From NCBI RefSeq assembly GCF_009914755.1, contig NC_060940.1: a stretch of 64,000 bases of DNA; one strand, given 5' to 3'. A program made the position numbers and the translations under genes. Of this stretch, positions 18,272-34,161 are shown in pieces; the stretch's first letter is position 1; the number at the start of each line of letters is the position of its first letter. The notes under the pieces are model-generated. The model was given only the letters and a program-made list of their open reading frames with translations, ran no database searches and was not told where the DNA came from. This DNA is from the human T2T-CHM13v2.0 reference genome, Homo sapiens.

Positions 18272-18632
18272 AATGATTTGAATGTTTGTGCCCCTCTAAA
18301 ATGCATATGTTAAAACCTAATCTCCAATGTGATAGTATTGGAAGGTTGGGCCTTGGGAGATGATTAGGTCATAAGGGTGGAGCCCTCATGAGTGGGATTA
18401 GTGCCCTTGTAAAAGAGACCCCAGAGAGCTAGCTACAAGCTAGTCCCTTTCCACCATGTGAGGACACAGTGAGAAAGCACCATCTATGAAAAACAAGTCC
18501 TTACCAGATACTGGATCTGCCAGTGCTTCAATTTTTGATTTCTCACCCCCCAGAACTGTGAGAAATAAATTTCTGTTTATAAGTTACCAGTCTATGATAT
18601 TTTGTTATAGCAGCCTGAATGGACAAAGGCAG
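18272..18632. mobile_element. MLT1/MST MaLR LTR
   Basis: tgaatgtttgtgcccc...gattagtgcccttg...cagaactgtgagaaataaatttctg...tttgttatagcagcctgaatggac. Confidence 0.7.
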
Positions 18633-19741
18633 TATCTAAAATAGACATAAGGAGGCTAGGTGCGGTGGCTCACACTTGGAATCTCAGCATTTTTGGAGGC
18701 CAAGGCATGCAGATCACATGAGGCCAGGAGTTCAAGACCAGCCTGGCCAACATAACGAAACCCTGCCTCTACTAAAAATACAAAAAAAAAAAAATTAGCT
18801 GTGCATGGTGGCGCACATCTGTAATCCCAGCCACTTGGGTGGCTGAGGCACAAGACTCACTTGCAGAAGTTGCAGTTAGCCAAGATGGTGCCACTGTACT
18901 CCAGCCTGGGTGACAGAGCGAGACCCTGTCTCAAAGAAATAAAAATAAAACAGACATAGGGAAACCTATTGTGCAGCATGGTGACCACAGTTGATAATAA
19001 TGTGTTGAACGGTTGAAAATTGTGAAGAGAGTAGATGTTAAATATTCTCACAACAAAAACTGACAACGGACAAGTATGAAAGGTGATTGACATGTTAGCT
19101 TGCTTTAACCATTCCCCAATGTATACATACATCAAAACATCATATTGTATATATGTATACACCATAAATATATATAATTTGTATTTGTCAACTATCCCTT
19201 AATAAAAAATAAATAAAAATTAAAAAGACATAGGGTAAATCTTAATATAAAGCTCTCTTTTAAATCAATAATAAAAAGATGACTATATTTGTTTTAAAAA
19301 AAAGATAGACAAAAGACATCAACAAGGAATTCACAAAAGAAAAATTAAATGTATGGGGAAAACTTTATTCTCAGTCATAATTAAAGAAATATACATTAAA
19401 AACAATCAGACCATGTTGATTCATCACATGTCAAGAAGTATAAAGACTTATCACCATTTACGATACTGGAAAGATACAAGGTAAGGGATACCCTCATTTG
19501 TTGTAGTTGAGAATATAAGTTGGTACATACTCTTGAGAGGGCAATTTGGCTATCTGTATCAAAAGCTTTTAAAGTATTTATATTCTTTGACCCAGAAATT
19601 CCACCTCTGGGAATTTAGCCTGAGTAAATGAGACAAGTACCCAACAGTATATGTATAAAGGCATACATTGAGGCATTTTTTTAATGCAACATGAAAGTCT
19701 AACAATTAGCTAAATAAATAAGAACTAACCATAAATAAAAT

Positions 19742-20093
19742 GAAGTTGCCCCTGTGGATACCTCCACCAAGGATTGGTTCCAGGACTTCTTAAAGATACC
19801 AAAATCCATGGATATTCAAGTCCCTTATATAAAATAGTGTAGTATTTGCATATAATCTATGCACATCCTCATGTATACTTTAAATCATCTCTAGATTAGT
19901 TATAATACCTGATGCAATATAAGTGCTATGTAAATATGTACAAAATGTTATGTCAAAAATGCTACTGTATTTTTATGTGTATTGTTTTTTATTGTTATAT
20001 TGTTATTTGGATCATTTTTTCTAAATACATTCTACCTGAGGTTGGTTGAATCTGCAGATGTGGAACCCACTGATATGGAAGGCTAATTGTATT
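19742..20093 (+). mobile_element. MER2 (TcMar-Tigger) DNA transposon
   Basis: gattggttccaggac..gataccaaaatccatggat..caagtcccttatataaaat and terminal gaatctgcagatgtggaacccac. Confidence 0.75.
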
Positions 20094-21040
20094 ACAAAGC
20101 TATTTAAAATACTGATATAGGCTAGATGCTGTGGCTTACGCCTGTAATCCCAACACTTTGGGAGGCCAGGCAGACAGATCACTTGAGGTCAGGAGTTCGA
20201 GACCAGCCTGGCCAACATTGTGAAACCCCATCTCTACTAAAAATACAAAAATTAGCCGGGCATGGTGGCGGATGCCTGTAATCTCAGCTACTTGGGAGGA
20301 TGAGGCAGGAGAATTGCTTGAACCTGGGAGGCAGAAGTTGCAGTAAGCCAAGACCACACTATTGTACTCCAGCCTGGGCAACAAGAACAAAACTCCATCT
20401 CAAAAAATAAATAAATAAATAAAATACTGACATAGATGTACATTTTGGATATGAAAAAATATGCAGTCTGTACTGTTGGGTGTAGAAAGCAAGTTATTGA
20501 ATAGTAGGTAAGTATAATATCATTTTTGTAAAACATGAGATATATGTATGAAATATATAAAATAATATTTTTTATATACATAGTTTTGGAGTCTGGTAAG
20601 CTTCAAGTGAATATACCAAAATATCAACAGTGCTTATCTGCTGAACAGTGCTTATCAAAATATCAACAGTGAGTAAAAGATTATCACTGATTTTCTTCTT
20701 TATTATTTTCTGACTTTTCTACAATAAACTTGAAGTACTCATATAATACATAAATACAGTTATATTTATAATTTTAAGACATTGAATTGTTTAACCCTTG
20801 AGGGTAACTAGATATTCCACAACCATGTAAAGAGCTAAAACAGGGCTGGGTGCAGTGGCTCATGCCTGTAATCCCAGCACTGTGGGAGGCCAAGGTGAGC
20901 AGATCTCTTGAGGCTAGGGGTTTGAGACAAGCCTGGCCAAACAAACCCCGTCTCTACTAAAATACAATTATTAGCCAGGCATGGTGGCTTGTGCCTGTAG
21001 TCCCAGCTACTCAGGTGGCTGAGACACAAGAATCACTTGA

Positions 21041-21334
<294 letters not shown>

Positions 21335-21459
21335 TAGAGATGGGGTTTCACCATGTTGGCCAGGCTGGTCTCGATCTCTTGACCTCGTGATCCGCCTCCC
21401 AAAGTGCTGGGATTATAGGCATGAGCCACTGCACCCAGCCTATTTTTATTTATTTTTGA

Positions 21460-21564
<105 letters not shown>

Positions 21565-21621
21565 TGAGTAGCTGGAACTACAGGCACATGACACCACGCC
21601 TGGCTAATGTTTGCATTTTGA

Positions 21622-21756
<135 letters not shown>

Positions 21757-22165
21757 TAAAGATGGAAAGCTACTTCCAGTCCTCTTTTTACTCCTTTCTG
21801 TTATATTTTCAGACAAATTTGCAAATGATTCTGAGAAAACCTGCTGTGAGCAGCAGCTGGGGCTCTCCAGGTGAAGGAATAAAGCCTAATTCCTGCAAAC
21901 CGCCTTGGTCAGAGGCACTGGGACATCCACAGAACTTGATTCACTGAGCATCTGCTAGATGCCAAGACACATCTCATCCCATTCTCTGCCACAGCCCTAA
22001 GAGGGAGGAACTGGAAATTTCCTCCTTTCTCAGATAAGGAGATCACAATATCACTGAGCTGATGCAGTAAAATTTCAAGATGATGTATGGGAAAACTGCT
22101 CGAGGAGGGTTCTATGTGCAGAAATGCTGAACTGGTTTTGGTGTTTTTCTTTTTTCCTCTGTTTA

Positions 22166-22435
<270 letters not shown>

Positions 22436-24272
22436 TTAGTGTATTGAAATGAGTAACATTCTTTGCCAGTCAGATTTATGCATGGAAGGGACTACAGAGT
22501 AAAAGCAGAGAGCAGGAGGCAGGGACCAGTTTGAATCCCACTTCTGCCATTTCTTGCTAATTACTGGGTAACAAAGTCATGGAAATGCCAGCTTTTTGCA
22601 CATCCACATGCACAAACTAGGAGCGGTGCAACATTACAATTAAACTACAAATTCCTTGAGGGCAGTAAGAGCTGGTGGTGAACAGTCCTGACTTTCGATT
22701 CAAATCCAAGGCTATTTAACCTCTCTGTATTTCAGTTTTCTTGTCTATAAAATGGAAATAAAATCGCCTCATAGGATGGTTGTGAAAACTAAATGTGTTA
22801 TATGTAAAGCACTTAGAACAGTGCCACGCATACAGTAAGCACTCGATACACAATTTCTGTTGCCTATCTTACCCCCTATGCCTTTGAGTTTGCAGCCCAG
22901 CATAAAGATTCCAAAATTATGCAGCAGCCTTCCTATAAAAATGGGAAGATGGGCTGTGCGGTGGCGCATGTCTTTAATCCCAGCACTTTGGGAGGCCAAG
23001 GCAGAAGGATCACTTGAGCCCAGGAATTCAAGACCAGCCTGGGCAGCATGGTAAGACCTCACCTCTAAAAAAAAAAAAACTACAAAATATTAGCTAGGCA
23101 TGGTGGCACATGCCTGTAGTCCCAGCTACCCAGCAGGCTGAGGTGGGAGGATCACCTGAGCCTGGGAGGTCAAGATTGCAGTGAGCCGTGATCACACCTA
23201 TTCTCCAGCCTGGGTAACGGTGAGACCCTGTGTCAAAATAAAATAAAAAATAAAAACCAGGAAGATGAGTTGCTGTCCATGAAAATCATAGTGGGGGTTG
23301 TGGCTTTCCCATCCCAAGAGAAAAGAGAAATGAGCCTATTGCATTTCTCTTGGCAACAGGAAAAACATCCATTTCGGTCTTTGAATAATGTGAACCTTAC
23401 CTACTCAAACCAGCTACCAACCAACATGCAAGTGAGATATTGTCTTTGCTGGATCTGATGTGCCCAACCTGGGAGAAAACTCTAGGATCCTTAAGAGCAA
23501 CCCTGGATTTCTTATCTTAGCCGCAGACCACCACTGATGCTGACAGATGCACCAACCCCACCCAAGGCCAGGGTATTTCCCGAGTCCCATGGCCTCTCTC
23601 TTCTCATTGCACCTTCAATGGAAATTCACTGCATTCCAATCACGAGGCAAAAGTAGACCAGATCAAAGATGCCAGTTGTGGTCCTCAAACATCTTTATCA
23701 TAAGCCACTTGGAGAGGACTAAAGACCCATCCCTCCCTAGGCCAACCCCCAGCCCACCCTCTAGTGAAAACAACATCAGTGATAGCACAGAACTAGAGAG
23801 GGCAGAATGGTTGACTAGTATATCAGGAACTTGGTCTTATCACTGTGTCTGTCCAGGGCTTAGAATAGAGCCTGGTACATCGTAGGTGTTCAGCAAATAT
23901 CTGTGGAGTGAGTGAACACACACACACAAATTAATATAAAACCAAGCGGTAATTCTGCTAATCCATCAATCACTAAAGCACAGCAGCAATTAATACCCAG
24001 AACCAACTAAAGAACACTCAAACTATGCACTGATACCAGAGCTTCCTTCCCCTGAGCATAGAAAGCCTTATTTTGTGTACCACATGCACACAGTAAGAGC
24101 TCTGCAATATGATGACATGGACTGCTAGACCTTGAGGGCAGTGGGAGCCAGTGGTGGTCACCACCAACTTTGGGTACAAATCCAAGAACTGCCATTTACT
24201 AACTCTGTGACTTTAGACAAGTCCCTTAGTCTCCTAAGCCCCAGTTTCCTTCATTTAAAAAACAAGAGAACA

Positions 24273-24650
24273 CCCAAGCCTGGAAATCTGCAGCCCTAAA
24301 TGGGAATAGGCATTCCTGTTTTCATGCCCAAATGTTAGGTTTTGGCCTGCCACATCCCACTATCCTGTACCCATATAAACCCCAAACCCCAGGCTCCATG
24401 AGCATACAAGCAGATGAGCAGATGAACAGAAGAGAAGAGGAGCAGAAGAGCAGCATGGCAGAGAAAGGAGCATCTGAAGGCCAAGAAGAGTTTGGCTGGG
24501 GACAGTTGGAGAGGAGATTGGTCACAGGACAGCCAAACTCCAGGGGAAGATCATCTTCCCACTCCATCCCCTTTCTAGCTCCCCATCCATCCCACCGAGA
24601 GCCACCTCCATTACCCAATAAAACCCCACATTCACCAAGAAAAAAAAAAA
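24273..24650 (+). mobile_element. MER50-like LTR fragment, polyadenylated, inserted in a MIR
   Basis: cccatataaacccc and aaactccaggggaagatcatcttccc LTR motifs; AATAAA 24617-24622 followed by an A-tail. Confidence 0.65.
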
Positions 24651-26155
24651 CGGGAGAACAAGATAATGCATGGAGGGATAATCACCCAAGGTAGACACAA
24701 ATCCAATTGTGATACTTCTTTGCTCGATGTCACACGATGCCTCCACCCAGAGTAAAAGCCAAAGTCATTAGGGTTTCCTTTAACAGTCACTACATGGCTG
24801 GCCTTGTCTCTCACTCCCCTCCAAACACACTGGCCCTTACCTCCCACTCATGGAAGTGGTCCTGTTGCACTCTCTGCCTGGAAGACTCTAATTGAAAATA
24901 TCCACATGGCCCACTCTCCCTTGGGTCTTCATTCAAATGTCACCTTCTCAATAAGATGTTCCTTCATGATTCTCTTTTCACATGACAGTCCCCTCTCAAC
25001 ACTCGTGGTGCATTCCCTTGCTTTATTTTCCTTCTTGGCACTTTTCATACAATATACCATATATTTTACTTATGTATGGAAATTTATTGTCTTGCTACCC
25101 TCCATTTGAAAGTAAGCTCTTTATTTACAAAATTGGTGCTTAATGAATATTTGTTGGGTGGATGAAAGCAAGCACTGACTGTCAACTACTATCACTGGGG
25201 GTGATTAACTTTGTCTCCTCATGCCTGGCCCCAGTCTGTACTTAGTAGGTGCATGGTAATAATAATAAAATATCTAACACTTGGACAGGCATGGTAGCTC
25301 ACATCTATAATCCCAGCACTATGGGAGACCAAGGCAGGAGGATCACTTGAGGCTCAGAGTTCAAGATCAGCCTGGGCAACACAGTAAGACCCTATCTCTA
25401 CAAAAAAATAAAAAATTATCCAGATGTGGTGGTTCATGCCTGTAGTCCCAACTACTTGTGAAGCTGAGGTGGGAGGATCCCTTGAGTCCAGGAGGTCGAG
25501 GCTGTAGTGAACCATGATTGCTGCACTCCAGCCTGGGTGGCAGAGCGAGGCCCTGCCTCTATAAAATCAAATTTTAGGCCGGGGGCAGTGGCTCACGCCT
25601 GTAATCCCAGTATTTCGGGAGGCCAAGGCAGGTGGATCACCTGAGGCCAGCGTTCAAGACCAGCCTGGCCAACATTGTGAAACCCCGTCTTTACTAATAA
25701 TACAAAACTTAGCCAGGTGTGGTGGCACATGCCTATAATCCCAGCTAGTCAGGAGGCTGAGGCAGGAGAGTTGCTGTAATCTGGGAGGTGGAGGTTGCAG
25801 TGGGCCGAGATCATGCCACTATACTCCAGCCTGGGTGACACTCCAGCAAGACTCCATCTCAAAAAATAAAAAAAATCAAATTTTAAAAATATATAATACT
25901 TATTAAAGATCTGCTACATGCCAGGCATTCCGGTAAACATGTTTCTGGGTTTAAACCCATTAATTCTCACAATAACCCAGTGAGGTAGAGACTTTCATTA
26001 TCCCCATTTGATAAAGGATGAAAACTGAGGCACACAGAGGTTAAAGAGCTTACCCAAAGCCACACAGCCAGTAAGTGGCAGACTCAGGAGTGAAATCTAG
26101 CCAGCCCGGCCCTGTCACTGCTATGTTAAACCACTAATCCATGTTGGTCCTCTAA

Positions 26156-26488
<333 letters not shown>

Positions 26489-26689
26489 TGATCTGCCTGC
26501 CTCAACCTCACAAAGTGCTAGGATTACAGGCTTGAGCAATCGCACCTGAACCAAAAGTGTAATTCTTTTGCTTATAGATTTTGTCATTCTATTGCTTTGC
26601 AGACATTTCATCCAGTTCCCTGCATAAGGAGGCCTCTTGATGTTAGGGACCCTGCCCAAAACATTAATTACTATGCCAACAGTGGCTCA

Positions 26690-26839
<150 letters not shown>

Positions 26840-27572
26840 CTGTGTGAAAGAAGATGAAAGAAGAGGAATAATAATTAAAACCCCTTAAATACAGATTGAA
26901 ATTAGAGTTGAAACTGTCACACTACTTACTGCCTTCATTCTTTGTTATAGCAACTTCTCATATAAATCTATTCCCTAGTCCCACTAATGTGGTCTCTATA
27001 AAGAATCCTATAAAATGATACTCAACTTCAATAAAAATCCAATAAAGTCTAAAAAACATAAGTAAATCACTTTTCACCCATCAGATTGTCAAAAATAAAA
27101 TAAAGTGCTAATACTTAATGCTGGGCACATTCATTTTTCCGTGGGACTGTCAAACTGTGCACTATTAGCAGAGCAATCTGGTAATATCGACAAAAAAATT
27201 TAGGTTAGGCCAGGTGTGGTGGCTCATACTTGTAATCCCAGCATTTTGGGAGGTCGATGCAGGCAAATCACTTGAGGTCAGGAGCTCAAGACTGGCCTGG
27301 CCAACATGGTGAAACCCCATCTCCACTAAAAATACAGAAATTAGCCAGGCGTGGTGGCATGAGCCTGTCATCCCAGCTACTTAGGAGGCTGAGACAGAAG
27401 GATCACCCGAGCCCAGAAGGCTGAGGTTGTAGTGAGTCGAGAGCATGCCACTGCACTCCAGCCTGGGTGATGGGAGTAAAACCCTGTCTCAGAAAAAAAC
27501 AAAAAAAAATGTATGTGTACCTACCCCTTTTTTGGTTTGGTGCTATTTCTAAGTTTTTACTAAACTTTATAT

Positions 27573-28996
27573 TTGATATAGTTTGGATGTGTACCCCACC
27601 CAAATCTTATTGAAATGTAATCCCCAGTGTTGGAGGTGGGGCCCAGTGAGAGGTGATTGGATCATGGGGGCAGATTTCTCATGAATGGTTAAATACAATC
27701 CCCTTGGTACTGTCCTCACAATAGTGCGTGCGTTCTCTCGAGATCTTGTTGTTTAAATGCATGTAGCACCTCCCCCATCACGCTCTTGCTCCTGTGTCGG
27801 CCAAGTAAGATGTGTCTGCTCCCCCTTCGCCTTCCGCCATGATTGTAAGTTTCTTGAGGCCTTCCCAGAAGCTGGGCAGATGCCAGCATCATGCTTCCTG
27901 TACAGTCGGCAGAGCCACGAGCCAATCAATCCTCTTTTCTTGTCTCTTTTTTTTTTTTTTTCAGAGTCTTGTTCTGTTGCTCAAGCTGGAATACAGTGGT
28001 GTGATCTCCACTCACTGCAACCTCCACCTCCCAGGCTCAAGTAATTCTCGTGCCTGAGCCTCCTGAGTAGCTGGGATTACATGCATGCAGCACCAAGCCA
28101 GGCTAATTTTTTTTTTATTTTTATTGTAGACAAGGTTTCACTATCTTGGCCTGGCTGGTCTCAAACTCCTGGCCTCAAGTGATTCGCCCACCTCGGCCTC
28201 CCAAAGTGCTGGGATTACAGATGTGAGCCACTGTGCCTGGCAGTGTTTGTTTGTCTGTTTAGACGGAGTCTCGCTCTATCACCCAGGGTGGAGTGGGGGG
28301 CACGATCTCGGCTCACTGCAAGCTCCGCCCCCTGGGTTCACGCCGTTCTCCTACCTCAGCCTCCCGAGTAGCTGGGACTACATGCGCCCACCACCACGCC
28401 CAGCTAATTTTTTGTGTTTTTTTAGTAGAGACGGGGTTTCACCCTCTCAGCCAGGATGGTCTCAATCTCCTGACCTCGTGATCTGCCCGCCTCGGCCTCC
28501 CAAACTGCTGGGATTGCAGGCATGAGCCACTGCACCTGGCCCTTTTCATTTTATTTTTTTTAATTTAACTTTTATTTTAAGTTCAGGGGTACATGGCAGG
28601 TTTGTTATATAGGTAAGCTTGTGTCATGGAGGTTTGTTGTACAAATTATTTAATCACCCAGGTATTAAGCCTAGTACCCATTAGTTATTTTTGCTGATCT
28701 TCTCCCTCCTCCCACCCTTCACTCTCCAATAGGCCCCAGTATCTGCTGTTCCATTCTATGTGACAACGTGTTCTCATCATTTAGCTCCCACTTATAAGTA
28801 AGAACATGCGGTATTTGGTTTTCTGTTTCTGCATTAGTTTGCTAAGGATGATGGCCTCCAGCTCCATCCATGTCCCTGCAAAGAACACGATCTCATTCTT
28901 TTTTATGGCCACATAGTATTCCATGTAAACCTCCTTTCTTTATAAATTACCCAGTCTCAGGTATTTCTTTATAGCAATGCAAGAATTGCCTAACAC
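27573..28996 (-). mobile_element. MST (MaLR) LTR interrupted by two Alus and an L1PA 3' fragment (about 28548-28925)
   Basis: tgatatagtttggatgtg...cccaaatct at one end; resumes at 28926 with taaacctc..tttataaattacccagtctcaggtatttctttatagca. Strand assignment is tentative. Confidence 0.7.
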
Positions 28997-30511
28997 AGGT
29001 CAGGTGCGGTGGCTCACACCTGTAATCCTAGCACTTGGGAGGCCCAAGCAGGCAGATCACCTGAGGTCAAGGGTTCAAGACCAGCCTGGCCAACACGGTG
29101 AAACCCCATTTCTACAAAAAATACAAAAATTCACTCGGCGTGGTGATGTATGCCTGTAATCCCTGCTACTCAGGAGGCTGAGGCAGGAGAATCACTTGAA
29201 CCCAGGAGGCGGAGGTTGCAGTGAGCCGAAATCATGCCACTGCATTCTGTCCTGGGCAACAGAGCTAGACTCCATCTCAAAAAAGAGAAAGAAAAAAAGA
29301 ATTGCCTAACACAACATTTGTCATGAAAAGGAGGTGAAGAAGGGTTGTCTCAACATCCTGGGTGGAGACTAGCAATGAGGGGACTTAGGGGACTTTGGGT
29401 TGCCTTGGAGAAAGTGCCATTTCTCATCTAGAACGAATACACTTTGTCAAGACTTGGGATTTTATTAGAAGGCCTGCCCATGGGCCCAGATAATCCATCA
29501 GGCTCTACAAACAGCTATGCCTCACTGGGTCCCGGCTCACCCAGAGAGCAAGCCTCTCAGCCTATGTAGCTCCCCTTTCTAGTCTCATCTTCAGAATTAG
29601 AGTCACAGTCTAGGCCAGCAGTTCTCAACCCTGGCTGTACCTAAGAGTCACCTGGGACACCCAGAGCCAGCCCCTAAAGATTCTCACTCAGTCGGGCTGG
29701 GCTGGATACCATGGATTGGTCCCTCTTGGAATCTCCCCAGGTGATTCTAATGTGCAGCTGAGGCTGAAGGCAACCACTCTAAGACAGTTAACTTTTAGAA
29801 AGCAATATGCATAGCGGAGTGAATGGCATTTTCCATTTTGTATTTTCTAAAGAAGAGTGTGTATATGCTCTTGTGTTTTTAGTAGAGACAGGGTTTCGCC
29901 ATGTTGGCGAGGCTTGTTATATAGGTATTTTTATACCTATATAAAACTTGTTATATAGATATTCAGGATATTTCTGAAAGGATGCAGAAGAGATTGGGGA
30001 CAGCAATTGCCTCTGAAGAGGGAGGCTAGGGAACTAGAAGTCTGGGGTGGGAGGGAGACTTGCTTCTCATCCTATTACCTTTGGTGCGATTGGGATTTGT
30101 TAACCAGGAGCATGTATTACTTGCTTTATTAAACATTTCCAGTATTTAAAAAAAGAGTATACAGAATAATACAACAAAACACCCATGTCCTCACAACCCA
30201 ACTTAAGAAATAAAACATCACAATATAAATAATAAGTCCCTCCTTCACTCTTTGCCTTCCTCCTTCCCCAGAAGTAACTGTCACTCTGAATTTGGCATTC
30301 ACTTTTACACTTCTCTTACATATAAACTTGGCTTACATTTGCTTTCAATTAATTCAGCTACTATTTATTTATTTACTTTGTATCCTACCATAGATATTCT
30401 TTTGCAATCTGGGTTTTTTTTTAACTCTACACTGTGTTTTTGAGATTTCACAGTGTTGATACAAGACTTTTTCAATTTCAGAAGTTGATTTTTTTAAGAT
30501 TAGATAGATAT

Positions 30512-30800
30512 ATGGATGTTCTCACTGATATGTGGGAGCTAAACTATGAGGACCCAAAGGCATAAGAATGATACAATGGACTTTGGGGACTTGGATGGAA
30601 GAGTGGGAGGGGCCAAGGGATAAAAGACTACAAATATGTTGCAGTGTATACTGCTCAGGTGATGGGTGCACCAAAATCTCACAAATCACCACTAAAGAAC
30701 TTACTCTTGTAACCAAACACCACCTGTACCCCAATACCTTATGGAAAAATAAAAATAATAATAAACATCTAAACATAAGAAAAACAAGGAAGGAAAAAAA
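30512..30800 (+). mobile_element. L1PB-type 3' end fragment
   Basis: gtgggagctaaactatgaggac..aaaggcataagaatgatacaatggactttgggga, A-rich tail. Confidence 0.7.
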
Positions 30801-30849
30801 ATAGATGGATATATAACATTTGTGCATCAGGGCCGGGCATGGTGGCTCA

Positions 30850-31161
<312 letters not shown>

Positions 31162-32166
31162 TTATAACTATATATTCAGACATCCAGAATATGATTTTAC
31201 TGTGACTGGACTTCAGAATGTGTGCTGCGTGTGATCCTAGGTGAAGTTGTGTGTGTTCAGGCCCTGCTGAGCATGTGTGACCATGTGTACCTTGTGCCTG
31301 CAAGTGCAGGTATGAGAGTGTGTGGATGTGCTTTGTGGGGGATCTGATTGTCATTCAGCAAACATTCACTCCTTTCCTGCCCTCCACCTCCATGGAAGGA
31401 GACTCCTTCCTGCCCCATTAAAGTTGGTCTTGGTCATGTAACTTACTTTGGCCATTGGAGTGTGGCAGAAGTGATAGTGTGCCAATTTCCAACCTAGGAC
31501 TTAAGGAGAATTGTACTTATCCCTTCCCTTTTTTGGTAGTTTCACACCTTCATGGTGAGAAAAACAAGTTCTAGAGCAGGGCTGCCCCAGTGACCCACAA
31601 ATCAGGCAGCAAGAAACATATGCGAATTGTTCTATGCCCTTGAGATTGTGTGGCTTTGTTATGCAGCACAAATGACTAACTCATGCTTATTTTGCAGGAC
31701 CCTTGGCCTAGACTGTCTAACTTCTGGGGCCTTACTCCTAGAAAAGTGTCATGCCCAAATGTAATGATGAATAAAGACTTGTTATTGGATTAAATGTGCT
31801 TGCACATGTGATTGCATACACTGGACATACATGTGCATGTGCATAGGGCACCAGCCAGTGTGAGAGCCAGAACAGGCATGCGTGTGAGATGTACACTAAT
31901 AGCAGAGTGGTAGCTAAGTAATATCTGTCTGCACACATCTGCCTGGGGGGCCACACAAAAGGGCCTGAGTTCATTTAGCTGTGGACTCACTCCCTTTTCC
32001 AGAACCTTGCACATCCTGGAATGGAGCTGGAAACATCTTAGCCCTTGGAGGCAGGGAGGAAGCTTCCAGAACCATAGACAGCAGTAAACCCAATGCTGTA
32101 TAACTGACCACACTTTCTCTCCCCTTCAAACTCCTTCAGCCTTCTTAAGATGGAGCACAACATTAC

Positions 32167-32260
32167 CTTTGTGGCTATAGAGCTTAATTCATCTCCTGAG
32201 AAAAGTACTAGAAAGGGTCCCAAGTCCTTCGTGGTCTCAGCTGTCCAGTGCTGAGGGAGT
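32167..32260 (-). pseudogene. OTOAP1: OTOAP1 exon a (94 nt): [31 protein letters not shown]
   Basis: ctctttttag acceptor, gtaatg donor, phase 2 to 0; overlaps ORF 32038..32223. Confidence 0.9.
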
Positions 32261-32979
32261 CTAAAAAGAGATAATAACCAGTAAAGTGAAAAAACATGCT
32301 GTGGTGGACATCTGTTGCCTTTTCCCCCAGCACCCTTTTCTTTCAGGAACAGATTGTCTTATACTCATGTCAATCACATGGTCCCACTTCCTTGACCGAG
32401 AAAATTGGCATGTGATGCAGGCTGACCAATCAGAGTCATCCCTGGGAGTTTTGATGGAACTATCAGAGAAGCTCTCCTTTCTTGGTATCTCTGGCAGTAG
32501 GGGAGGATATTGGAGGACATTCATATTACCAAGTGGAAAAAGTAAAGACCACACCAAGGAACACAGAGCTGAGGGATGGGAGGAACATATTCCTGAAGAT
32601 ATCATTGGAGACACGGGATTCAGCCATGCCTGAAGACCACCAGTGGAGTTTCCCGTTACATTCCATTCCTGAATTCAATACATTCCCGTTCTCTTTAGTT
32701 TGAATTAAATTATTGAATTTCTGCCATTTACATCACAGTGTGTCCTTCTTCTCCCTCCTCAATAGAAGAGTAATTATATATTTCTTCCTTTTACTTTACC
32801 ATAACAGTCTTCTCTTAGAATAAGAAAAAACCTTTCTCTTGAACTTGGCAGGATAAAATAAAGGCACTGACCCAGAATCCACTGTTATTCTTGTATAGAT
32901 CATAAATGCCTACAGTGAAGAGCATTACACTATCTTTGGCGGCATCTCTAAAGGAGGTCTGCCCAATTAGCAGTGACAG

Positions 32980-33752
32980 CTGGTGGGAATGCAAAATCAT
33001 ACAGCCACTTTGGAAGACATTTTGTTGGTTTCTTACAAAAGCAAACATGTTTTTGCCATATAACCCAGCAAACACACTCTTTGGTATTTACACAAAGGAG
33101 TTGAAAACTTACGTCTACATGAAAACCTGTATATGGATGTTGATAGCAGCTTTATCCATAATTGCCAAAACTTGGAAGCAACCAAATGTCCTTCTGTAGG
33201 TGAATGGCTAAATAAACTGTGGTTCATTAAGATAATGAAATATGATTCAGCACTAAAAAGAAATGAGCTATCAAGCCAAAAAAAGACCTGGAGAAAACTT
33301 AAGTGCATATTACTAAGTGAAAGAAGTCTATCTGAAAAGGCTATCTACTGTATGATTCTAAATATATGATATTCTAGAAAAGGCAAAAGTATCAGTGGTT
33401 GCCAGGAATTAGGAGTAAGAGAGGAATGAACAGGCAAAGCCCGGAAGGATTTTTAGGGCAGTGAAAATACTCCATATGATACTATAATGGTGAATACATG
33501 TTATTATATACTTGTCTGAACCCATAGAATGTAAAGCACCAAGAGTGAACCCTAATGTAAAATATGGACTTTGGATGATAATGAGAATCCAATGACGATA
33601 ATGTCAACATAGGTTCATCAGTTCTAACAAATGTACAACTTTGGGGGGGGATATTGATCATGGGGAGCTTATGCATGTATGGGGTCAGAGGGATATGGGA
33701 AATCTCTATCTTCTCCATTTTTCTGAGAACCTAAAACTAGTATTAAAAATAG
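32980..33752 (+). mobile_element. Old L1M 3' ORF2/UTR fragment
   Basis: ORFs 32906..3199-like peptides WECKIIQPLWK, LPYNPA, KTWKQP are L1 ORF2 C-terminal remnants (ORF 32906..33199). Confidence 0.75.
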
Positions 33753-34161
33753 TCTCTAGGGTCAGGCATGGTGGCCCATACCTATAATCCCAACACTGTG
33801 GGAGGCTTAGGTGGGTGAATCCCTTGAGCCCAGGAGTTCAAGACCCACCAAGGCAACATGGTGAAATTCCATCCCTTAAAAAAAAATACAAAAATTAGCT
33901 GGGTACAGTGATGTGCACCTGTGGTCCCAGCTACTTGGGAGGCTGAGGTGGGAGGATCACCTGAGCCCAGGGAGGTTGAGGCTGCAGTGAGCTGAGATCG
34001 CCCTCCTACACTCCAACCTGGGCAACAGAGCCAGACCTTGACTTTAAAAAAAAAAAAAAAAAAAAAAATTCTGGGTTTCTGGCATCTCAAAAAAAAAAAA
34101 AAAAAAAGGAAAGGTCAGGGCACATGGCTGCTACAGTCCTCTATTAAGCAATGTGCCACAG

